From positions 33,604,001 to 33,668,000 of the forward strand of contig NC_043010.1 of the NCBI RefSeq assembly GCF_006345805.1: DNA of 64,000 bases, in the 5' to 3' direction. The translations under genes and the position numbers were made by a program. This DNA comes from Octopus sinensis. Its lineage: Eukaryota. The notes beneath the pieces are model-generated. The model was not told the origin of the DNA. It worked only from the letters and a program-made list of their open reading frames with translations, and did not search any database. Of the stretch, positions 14,580 through 25,820 are shown piece after piece (within the stretch, counting starts at the first letter, position 1; every line of letters begins with the position of its first letter).

Positions 14580-17500
14580 GTTCACCTGTCAGATCATCAT
14601 CATCATCATCATTTAACATCCATTTTCCGTGCTGGCATCACTTGGACAGTTTGTCAGTATCTGGCTGGCAGCCAGGGTTGTGTCAAGCTCAAGTGTTAGC
14701 TTCGGTCTAAGTTTCTATGACTAGTACCCTTCCTAATGCCAACCACTTTAGAATGTGGACTAATTGGCCCTTTTTTTATTTATTTATTTTTTTTGTGCCA
14801 GTAGTATTACTGATGTTGCCAAGTAACACAACCATCCCCTTGACAAGGGGCAGGGGGTGAGGAAGGGAGGTTGATTGGTTTTAAGCTTGGTGTTGAGGAG
14901 TTGAAGTATGATCGAGAGACAGATAGGGAGACAAGCACAGGTCTCTTGCTACAGAGAATATACATGGCTATCAAGCATTATATAAAGATGAATGAGAGTA
15001 GCTGAGAAGATAATAAAGATAAGTGATGGAATACTGGAGCAAACACTCAAGGTACAAGACTATTGGCATGTTAACAATACTTTGTTTCATTGCTTTAATT
15101 TGCTATGGAGCATAACAATAGATTTTTAGCCAATAATGTTTGTTACAAGAATGTAAACGTGTACATGTTGTGTATAGAGGTGTAATGGTTACATTCATCC
15201 TAACATAAAGTGTTGGCTAGACATCTATAGATATGTTCTATCGTACATTGTAGAGTAGATGTTGATAGGTGACAGATCAATGTGGGGATGTTTGACAACA
15301 ACCCAGAGTCTACCGTTTATCTTGGTCTTCACCATTGTTATAAGTTGGCTCTAGATTCTTGTTCAGATTTTTTTGAGTTCCACATGATGGCCAATTCCAT
15401 CATGTTAAACTCTGTGCATGCAAACAAGTGAATCTCCAACATATTCAGTTGACCTGCTAAAAATGACATCCAGCTTTCTCTCTCTCTCTCAAACAACACT
15501 GTAATGTCTTTAAACAAATGGAAGGATATAGTAGATAATATATTTCTAGCTACCTCTTAAAAGGTAGGATGGCCATGGTTGGAATATCTTTTACTTGAGG
15601 TTGAATAACATAGCAACAGTTAGTCAAGCATTGTGAGATGTATATCCTGTTCAGGTATGCAGGATGAGTCTTAGAATTGCTTTGAAGGAACAGCTACCCA
15701 AGTGACCAATAAATTGTTAGTCTTCAGAATAAAAGAACATGTTTTGTACCTTTATATAAGGTTGCATCACAGTTCTTCTTTACTAATACATTTTGTTGTC
15801 AATTCATTCTGTCTGCTAACATATGTGTCCATGGCCAACACAACTTTAGCTCTCAAATGCCTCAGTTCACCTGTTTCTAAACATGTAGCACTTAGTTACC
15901 ACAGGCAAATACTCTCAGCTCAACTACTACAAGCGTATATAAACCACATAGCTGCATATAGGTATCATGTTGAGCTACAATCAATTTAATCTGTTCCATG
16001 AGTCAATGCAGCCCCCAGATATTTACTTCATAAGAATGGTTCACTACTTCTATTTTCTCTCTCTAACTTTGTAATCATGGCTCACTGTATTTTCTTTTTA
16101 TTACTTTTAAAGTACTGATTCCAAATGTCTAAATGTTGGAGATTAGTTAATTAAATTACAATTTTTTAGGTTATTAACATCATTTTTAGTGATTAAAATA
16201 TAATGTTGATATAATTTTTAAAACATATCTGAGCTTAATAGTCCAACAAATTCTGTTTTGTGTATTATTTTAATCAAACTTTTGACAGTTCTTGCTAGTG
16301 TACCAAAATAATGGTCTTGTAATACCCGCTAGTGGAAGGTGATATTCTGTTGAATTTTGACTTATTTCCCTTCATATCAATACCAAAAACATTCCCCCAA
16401 GACCCACCGTCAACAAATTCCTTTACATTTGTCAAACTAGGGACCACACGAACTAGTGGGGGAGCTTTGATGTAGTCACATATAATGTACTCTGTGTCAC
16501 AGTTAAATTTCCCTTCCTTGATATCACTTGAAAAATATGAGCCAGGGGAACTTTTAAGCAATCACTGAGACTGTTCAATATGTCATTCAAATCTTTCACA
16601 ACAAACTGCTCCCCCCACCTCCATCACCACCACCACCACCACCACAATTCTTTAAGATAGGGTCTATATGAGCCATTTAGAGAACATCGTAGTACAATCA
16701 CAACTGTCTGCTCAAAACTGCTTAATGCTAAAATCTTAATAACCAACATACTTTTTTCTTGCTCATTCACAGTAAAAGCAAGATCTTCACTGCTGGTCAA
16801 AGGTTGATTTGTCCAGCAAAATTTTTATATCTGCATAGGAGTGGCTGTGTGGTAAGTAGCTTGCTTATGAACCACATGATTCCGGGTTCAGTCCCACTGC
16901 GTGGCACCTTGGGCAAGTGTCTTCTACTATAGCCTCGGGCCGACCAAAGCCTTGTGAGTGGGTCTGGTAGACAGAAACTGAAAGAAGCCCGTTGTATATA
17001 TGTATATATATATGTGTATGTGTGTATACATGTTTGTGTGTCTGTGTTTGTCTCCCCTCCCCCCAACATCGCTTGACAATCGATGCTGGTGTGTTTACGT
17101 CCCTGTCACTTAGCGGTTTGGCAAAATAGACCGATAGAATAAGTACTAGGCTTACAAAGAATAAGTCCTGGGGTCAATTTGCTCTACTAAAGGTGGTGCT
17201 CCAGCATGGCCACAGTCAAATGATTGAAACAAGTAAAAGAGATATCCGAAGCTGAGTTATTTGACTGTACACTTCTAGAGTATATGATTGCCCACCACTC
17301 CAGTAGGTATACCATTACTTGTACTTACTTATTAGGTGCAGGCATGGTTGTGTGATATGAAGTTTGCTTCCCAACCACATGGTGGTAGGTTCAGTCCCAC
17401 TGCATGGCACCTCAGACAAGTGTCTTCTTTCTTTCGCCTCAGGTCAACCAAATCTTTGTGAGTGGATTTGATTGATGGAAACTGAAAGAAACTCATCGTG

Positions 17501-18716
17501 TATGTTTGTGTGTGTGTGTGCCTTTGTGTCTGTGTTTGTCCTCCATCACCACTTGATAACCGGTGTTGGTGTGTTTACATCCCTGTAACTTAGATTGAGT
17601 ACCAGACTTTAAAAAGTAAGTACTGGGGTTGATTTGTTCAGCTAAAATTCTTCAAGGTGGTGCTTCAGCATAGCCACAGTCTAATGACAGAAACAAGTAA
17701 AACAAAGAAAAAAAAAACAAAAGATGAGTGAAGGGTCTCACTACATGGTTACTCAACCTGCTAGATATAGCAGCCAGACCTCTGTCAAACCACGCTCTAC
17801 TTACTTTTTTATTAAAAAGAGATACACATGGGATAATAATGTCCAGGCATAATTATGCCTGAAACAAAGACATGTTGGACACAGCTTGATATGCTTGGGA
17901 ATGTTGGTCTACTCAGCTAGGGCTCACCTGGGGCTGCATAACCCTACCTAATGCTAACCCAATGGCAACAACTCATTCAATCAGATTTCACTCAAACTAC
18001 TCAACTACAACAATAAGACCAACAACGACAGCAATAATGACAGTAACAGCAACAACACCAACAACAACAACAACAAAAGACAGGTACACCCACTCACTGT
18101 CTGCAGTTCTGTTTAGTCTAAACAGAATGAAGGTACACAACAACAACAAAAGCAACAACAAGTAGCAGTAGCAGTAACAAATACACCCACACAGTGTCTG
18201 CAATTCTGTTAAATCTAAAATGACTATAGCTGCACAAATTCAACCACCACAACAACATTTATGCTAGCTGAGCATTTTTTTACATACCCAATATTGCCAT
18301 TCAAACTTATTATAACTGTGTATCTAATGAGTAAATTGCTTATGTGTTTTAATTAACTTTCGATATAATTAATATTTTGAAGAATTTTTAAAGTTTTTAA
18401 AGTTTTTTTGTTTTTGCATAAAAGATCTGTTGGTGTATATACTATATTTGGTGTGGGTGTGTGTACAGATGCAAACATGGATATAGGCACAGGTATGGCT
18501 ATGTGGGAAGAGATTTGTTTTCCATCCACGTGGTTCCAGGTTCAATCCCACCGTGTGACACCTTGATCAAGTGACTTCTACTGTAGTCTCCAACTGTAGT
18601 CTCCAGCTAACCAAAGCCTTGCAAGTGGTTTTGGTAGACAGAAACTGAAAGAAACCCATCATATATATATATATATATGAATAAAAAAATGGAGTTAACG
18701 CAGGTGTAATCAAATA

Positions 18717-18812
18717 TTTTTACTTTCGACACACGTTTCGAAAATTCCACTGATACTATTCAAAAGAATAAATGGTATAAACAATGCAATCTTCTCCTCA
18801 GGAAAGTGAAAA
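18717..18812 (-). ncRNA. Type I hammerhead ribozyme with extended stem II
   Basis: Minus strand reads UUUU-c-ACUUUC [CUGAGGA] GAAGAUU-g-CAUUG-uuu-AUAC-cauu-UAUUC-uuuu-GAAUA-GUAU-CAGUG-g-AAUUUUC [GAAAC] gugu [GUC] GAAAGU-a-AAAA. All core nucleotides, the G10.1-C11.1 pair, a 6+4 bp stem I and a GUC triplet are present. Confidence 0.8.
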
Positions 18813-21125
18813 AAACGAAACTCGTCAATAAGATCAAGTGACTTCTACTGTAGTCTCCAGCTAACCAAAGCCTTGTGTGTCTGTGTTTGTTCCACCACCA
18901 CTGACAACTGGTGTTGGTATGTTTACATCCCCATAATCCAACAGTTCAGCAAAAGTGACTGACAGAATAAATACTAGGATTAAAAGAAAGAGTAGTGGAG
19001 TCAATTCTTGAGGGCAGTGCCCCAGCATGGCCACAACCTGATGACTGAAACAAGTAATTTGACTGCAGCCATGCAACAGCACCACCTTTCGTCAAACAAA
19101 TTGACCCCAGGGCTTATTCTTTGTAAGCCTAGTACTTACTCTATTGGTCTGTTTTGCTAAACCACTAAGTTACGGGGACATAAACACACCAACATTGGTT
19201 GTCAAGCAATGGTTGAGGGACAAGCACAGACACTCAAATATATACATACACACACATACGCACACACACCTATAAACAGGCTCCTTTCAGTTTCCGTCTA
19301 CCAAATCCACTCACAAGGCTTTGGTCGGCCTGAGGTTATATATATAGCAGAAGACACTTGCCCAAGATGCCACACAGTGGGACTGAACCCTGAACTATGT
19401 GGTTGGGAACCAAGCTTCTTACCACACACACACACACACACAGACGCAAGTGTGGCTGTGTGTGTGTGTGTATCACCATTTAACTTCCATGATCCATGCT
19501 GGCATGGTTTGCACTATTTGACAGGATCTGATGTCTCCATTGTGCTTCACTGTCTGCTTTGGCATGATTTCTACAACCAGGTACCTTTCCTGATGCCAAC
19601 CACTTTACTGCATGTACTAGGTGACCCTCACATCCTTTTTTTTTTTTTGTGCCTCTGGCACAAGTGAAGTTGTCATACAGCTTACATGACCATGAACTCC
19701 AAGGTGGGGATTACTATGATAGATGAGGTGTTAACGTATGAGACTGGGTAGAGGGAACAGAACAGGTTCTTGTTGTAGAGCAGCTACATGGCTACTCGCA
19801 TTTAGAAGAGAGGCTGAAAATGATGAGCAGAAGCTGCAAAGAGATAATGGTGGTGAGGTGTCCAGGTGACCTTCTCCCCACATTGATCAAGTTAAGTAGG
19901 AGTGAGGGCAGAGAAACTCCGCTCATTGATCAAAGTGTAAGGTGAGTAGAAGTGAGGGTATTTAGGGTGGGAGAGTGGAGGTTTGCGATAGTGTATGGTG
20001 TGAAGTAAGAGATAGGCAACAACTGCAAGGATTGGAAAGAGTTAAAGGGTGGATGTAGGGAGTTGTAGATAGCTCCGCACGACCATTATGAGTTGGGAAA
20101 GGTAGAGGGATGCAGAAGAGAGTTGGAAAGGGAGTAGGGACATCAAAGGGTTAATAATGATGATACAGTTGATAGAGAAGATGACAAGAGTGACAAGATA
20201 CATGGTAGGGAAGGTCACATGAGTGGAATGGGGGAGGTATAGTGGACCTGTTGAAATATCATGATCTCGTTCTTGTGAGTTCTTAGTTGAGATTTTAATT
20301 TAAACATAAACACTTACTAAGACATACCTACACAAGGGTTCTCTCCACCCCTGTCCCTAATTGTTTTTACATAACATACTGTTATTACGAAGTTATTTTA
20401 TTCAAATATTCTTTCTTTACTATTTTACATGTTTCAGTCATTTGACTGTGGCCATGATGGAGCACTGCCTTTAGTCGAGCAAATCGACCCCAGGACTTAT
20501 TCTTTGTAAACCTAGTACTTATTCTATCGGTCTCTTTTGCCTAACCACTAAGTTACAGGGATGTAAACACACCAGCATCAGTTGTCAAGCGATGTTGGGG
20601 GGACAGAGACTGAAACACATAAAAGAATACAAGAATAAAGGCCATGTGATTCGACTTTAAAATATAGTGAAGCTGCATCCATGTGATCAGAGATATCGAT
20701 GAATCGGTTAATTATAAAAACAGTGAATTACAACCTACGCTTGTGTTCTTATTGCAAAAATGACCCTCCTAACATACAATGAAATTGCTTTCGCTTTAAA
20801 AAGTCTTGTAAAAACATACAGGGAAAGCTTGTGTGTGTGAGAAAGAGAGAGAGAGTATATATGTGTATTTGTGTGAGAGAGAGAGAGAGAGAGAAAGTCT
20901 GTGTGTGTGTCTATGAGCATCACTTTCATATATCTCCGGTATCTTTTTTATACATTTTGTGTGTGCATAAGAGTCTTTGTGTATGTGTTCGAGCAAATGT
21001 GTGTATGTGTGTGTTTGGCTCTATTAGTTTCACATTCATATACTTCAGGTTTCTTTTTTTATACATTGTGTGTGTTAAGTCGGCGAGCTGGCAGACACAT
21101 TCGCGCACTGGGCGAAATGCTTAGC

Positions 21126-21587
21126 GGTATTTCGTCTGTCGTTACGTTCTGAGTTCAAATTCCGCCGAGGTCAACTTTGCCTTTCATCCTTTCGGGGTCG
21201 ATAAATTAAGTACCAGTTATGCACTGGGGTCGATGTAATCAACTTAATACCTATGTCTGTCCTTGTTTGTCCCCTCTATGTTTAGCCCCTTGTGGGTAAT
21301 AAAGAAATAGGTATTTCGCCTGTCGTTACGTTCTGAGTTCAAATTCCGCTGAAGTCGACATTGCCTTTCATCCTTCCGGGGTTGATTAAATAAAGTACCA
21401 GTTATGCACTGGGGTCGATGTAATCGACTTAATACCTACGTCTGTCTTTGTTTGTTCCTTCTATGTTTAGCCCCTTGTGGGTAATAAAGAAATAGGTATT
21501 TCGTCTGTCGTTACGTTTTGAGTTCAAATTCCGCTGAGGTTGACTTTGCCTTTCATCCTTTCGGGCCCTGTGGGCAATAAAGAAATA
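21126..21587 (+). repeat. Family-B SINE body repeated about 2.4 times, period 184-185 bp
   Basis: ggtatttcg restarts at 21126, 21310 and 21495, the later two directly after the tail aataaagaaata. Confidence 0.9.
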
Positions 21588-22124
21588 TGTACATTGTGTG
21601 TGTTTATGTGTGTGTGTCTGTGTATGTGTTTAATGCTACTTCTATGTTTAATCACTATGCATACATGTATTTTTTCAATGTATGCATGTATGTATGCATG
21701 TGTCTACATATGATAATTAACCTGTGTGTTTATTTGCCAAGGAGATTGTGTTGAAGTAGGAGGCTGTCAAATGACAAAGAGGGGATAAGTTGAATGAAAG
21801 GATGTGTTTATCACATTACTCTGACATTTTACTTTCATTTTACTTGTAAAGTAAACACACTAAGTGATATATAAAATATTTCCAAAAGAAGAGAAAATTT
21901 AATATTTAATTTCATTTGTGTGTGTATGTGAGTGTGCATGCACACACACACAGTTTTCTCTCTTTTTTACTCTTTCGTTGCAGCTTCTGTATATGTTTAT
22001 CTCTCTTTCTCTTCCCTCTCTCCCTCCTTTCTCTATCTCTCTTCCTGTCTCCCTTTCCACCATTCTCCCCCTTCCCCTTCTCTATCTCTTTCCTCTATTC
22101 TCTCTCTCTCTCTCTTTCCTCCAT

Positions 22125-22159
<35 letters not shown>

Positions 22160-22257
22160 TTTTCTGTCTCTGATAAAGATATCCATTGTATATAAATTGT
22201 TTACATTCTCACTTTTTTTCTTTTTTTCTCTTTCATTGCAGCTTGTACATACTTAAG

Positions 22258-22478
22258 TTGGTGAACAGCACATATCTACATTGGTGAACAGTACATACCT
22301 ATGTTGGTGAACAGCACATTCATGTGCTGGTGAACAGCACATACCTATGCTGGTGAACACTACCTACATGTGCTGGTAACCAGTACATACCTATGTTAAT
22401 GAACAGCACATATCTACATTCATGAACAGCTCATCCCTATATTGGTGAACAGTACATATATATGTAGTGATGAACAGT
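22258..22478. repeat. 23-bp minisatellite, about 9.5 units (TTGGTGAACAGCACATACCTATG)
   Basis: Units start at 22258, 22281, 22304, 22327, 22350, 22373, 22396, 22419, 22442. Confidence 0.95.
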
Positions 22479-22639
22479 CTGTTAAAGTTTCACTAAATTG
22501 TTGAATTCTCTGGGTGTGGTTACTGTAAAAGACAGTAAAACATCTGACCCTTGAACATCTCTGCACCCCTTATCCCCACTCCCTGTTTCTCAGTCTTGCC
22601 CTATTCTGACCTTTCCCCCTTTCCAGCGATTGTCTTTGA

Positions 22640-22987
<348 letters not shown>

Positions 22988-23460
22988 TAATAGAGAGAGA
23001 GAGAAAAAGTGTGTATGAAAGAAGAAAACCAGTTTTATTTTGATTGTTCAGTTTTGATGTATTGTTCTCTGTGTGCTTGTTGCTGTTGTTGTTGTGCCTC
23101 TTGACCAACTTTGACCAAACAGATCTATGGCCATAGGCAATCTAACTGTGACCATCTCTTCTTTTTGTACATTTTTTGTATTTTATTTTCAACCACAGTG
23201 TATCAAGGACTACATTATCTGTTGTCTGCACTTTCTAGCAGGCTCAGCAATTGTGTTCATGTTCTCTTGTGGTCTCAAAGTATTGGTGATGGCGGCAGCG
23301 GTGTGTGTGTGTGTGTGTGTGTGTCGTTATGTGTTCTCATGTGGTGGGAGGTTTAAATAAATTACAAGATTACAGGTTCGTATGACCCAACTTTTCAACA
23401 GTTCATTTATGTTCTGTGTTATTATCATCATTATCATAGCCATAACTATTTGAATTTGTT

Positions 23461-23822
23461 TCATCATTATTACCATCGTTTAACATCTGCTTTCCATGCT
23501 GGCATAGGTTTGACTGAGGACTGGTAAGCCAGAAGGTTGCACCAGGCTCCAATCTGATCTGGCAAGGTTTCTACAGCTGGATGCCCATCCTAACGCCAAC
23601 CACTCCAAGAGTGTAGTGGGTGCTATTTACATGCCACTGGCATGGGAGGCAGAACTGGCAATGACCACACTCGAATAGTGCTTTTTATGTGCCACTGGAA
23701 TAGGAGCCAGTCAGGCAACACTGGCAACGACCACACTCGAATGATGCTTTTTACGCGCCACTAGCACGGGAGCCAATCCAGTGAGACTGGCATCAACCAT
23801 GCTCAAATGGTGCCTTTTACGT
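23461..23822 (-). mobile_element. RTE-type 3' UTR fragment, same family as 7599-8197
   Basis: Begins with a (CAT)n tail on +, shares ggatgccc(a/t)tcctaacgccaaccactcc and the internal sub-repeats. Further copies at about 27066-27256 (+), 38457-38645 (-), 45096-45362 (-). Confidence 0.7.
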
Positions 23823-23895
23823 GTCTGATTCATAATATTAATTAACAAAGTTCCAACTAAGTACTGAGGCTGGTGTACTTGATTTTTCCCCACAT

Positions 23896-24534
23896 CAATG
23901 GTTCTCAACCATTTTTTTACCTATGGACCCTTTTGATTCCTATTTTGCTCAGGTGGGCCCTTGTAGCCATTTGATACCAAAAATCTCCTGTTATATTTTT
24001 ATGATAAAATATAGGCGTAGGAGTGGCTGTGTGGTAGGTAGCTTGCTTACCAACCACATGGTTCTGGGTTCAGTCCCACTGCGTGGCACCTTGGGCAAGT
24101 GTCTTCTACTATAGCCTAGGGCCGACCAAAGCCTTGTGAGTGGATTTGGTAGACGGAAACTGAAAGAAGCCTGTCATATATAAGTATATATATATATGTG
24201 TGTGTGAGTATATGTTTGTGTGTCTGTGTTTGTCCCCCCAGCATTGCTTGACAACCAATGCTGGTGTGTTTACATCCCTGTAACTTAGCGGTTCGGCAAA
24301 AGAGACTGATAGAATAAGTACTAGGCTTACCAAGAATAAGTCCTGGGGTCGATTTGCCTGACTTACGGTGGTGCTCCAGCATGGCCACAGTCACATGACT
24401 GAAACAAGTAAAAGAGTAAAGAGTAAATGTTTTGTGTATTGTAGGAATATAACCTGTTTATTACACATAAATTTTAACAACAAAATCATTCATGGGCTCC
24501 CAAAGGTCATATGAGCCTTGGTTGAGGACCACTG
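23896..24534. mobile_element. hAT MITE interrupted by a SINE (24014-24427)
   Basis: TIRs CAATGGTTCTCAACC / CAGTGGTCCTCAACC; decayed 8-bp TSD ccccacat / ccctacgc. Confidence 0.7.
24014..24427 (+). mobile_element. tRNA-derived SINE, family A (~400 bp with internal (AT)/(GT) tract), representative full copy
   Basis: A box TGGCTGTGTGG, B box GGTTCAGTCCC, CCTTGGGCAAG core start, (AAAGAGT) tail. Around 20 copies or fragments, e.g. 1625-1930(-), 4075-4460(-), 16833-17242(+), 17335-17705(+), 18486-19057(+), 19058-19430(-), 20425-20620(-), 24620-25020(+), 43512-43905(+), 56398-56697(+), 57803-58165(+), 60210-60320(-). Confidence 0.85.
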
Positions 24535-24950
24535 CCCTACGCATGCCAAAATTTCTGTCCTTGTGCTATGTGGACAGAAGCTGTGACTGACATACTTGCA
24601 GAAATATCTAAAACATTGATGCAGGAGGCTTAGCAGTGCGGTTAAGAAACTTACTTTGCAGCTGCATGGTTTTAGGTTCAGTCCCATTGTGCAGCATCTT
24701 GAGCAAGTGTCTTCTACTTAGCTCTAAGCCAGCCACTGTCTTGAGAATGAATTTGGTTGTTGGAAACTGTGTAGAAGCTTGTCGTGTGTGTGCATGTATG
24801 TGTATATGTCTTAGACTGTGTTTGTATCCCCACCACCATTCAACTAGTGTTGGATTGTTTATATTCCCTTGACTTTGTAGTTTGTCAAAAGAGACCAATA
24901 GAATAATTACCAAATGCAACAGAAAAAACATAAGTACTGGGTTCAATTTG

Positions 24951-25307
24951 TTCGACAAAACCCTTCAAGGCAGTGGCCCAGGTTGGTTGCAGACCAATGA
25001 TTGACACAAGTAAAAGATTTTAAAAATCACAATGAGAGATCAAAGAGAAACAAACTAGTGTGGGTGCCCTTTGTGTGACATTTCTTTCCATTGCTTGTCT
25101 CTTTTACTGAGCTGCTATTCTGGATCAAACCCTTCGACAAAACCCTTCAAGGCAGTGCCCCAGGCTGGTTGCAGACCAATGATTGACACAAGTAAAAGAT
25201 TTTAAAAATCACAATGAGAGATCAAAGAGAAACAAACTAGTGTGGGTGCCCTTTGTGTGACATTTCTTTCCATTGCTTGTCTCTTTTACTGAGCTGCTAT
25301 TCTGGAT
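24951..25307. repeat. 175-bp tandem duplication with a 7-nt junction insert
   Basis: Copies 24951-25125 and 25133-25307 differ by two substitutions; junction caaaccc. Confidence 0.95.
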
Positions 25308-25534
25308 GAAACACAGGCAGAGATGGAGTATTTGGCATTGAAAATGTTGTCATGTTCTCGTGACATTTCTACCTAAGTTCAAATCTTACTGCAACTGACT
25401 TTGTCTTTCATTCTTGTGGATGATGACTTTTACTTATAAGTCAAGATTTTTGTTTTCTACCTCAGAATAACTTCTTGTTAACACCTTCCCTTGTGGTTTT
25501 CTTTAATAATAAAAAACTTAAATAGGTACATTAA

Positions 25535-25820
25535 CCCTTTGGCTGCTAAATTAAAATTCATGATCATTCCCGTAATGATGTTAATTATCCACCAGAAAGT
25601 AGAATTGATGTTTTTTCTGCTTCCAAAAGTATTTTGATTCTTGTTCTCTAAAGAGATATTTGAAGAAATAATATGATAAACTTAAGAACATGTGAAAAAT
25701 TACCCTTCATAAGAAGTGTCACTGGGAAGGTGTCTCCACTTATTGCAGTACTAAACTGTTTTCCACTGTTAATGGTTATAAAATTTTGAGCAGACATATC
25801 TGATTTCCGCATTCAAAGGG
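25535..25820. mobile_element. piggyBac-like MITE (286 bp)
   Basis: TTAA flanks, TIR CCCTTTGGCTGC / CCCTTTGAATGC. Confidence 0.65.

Noticed and set aside
22258-22478. CRISPR-like array
   Set aside because: Contiguous tandem units without unique spacers, in a eukaryotic locus with no cas genes.
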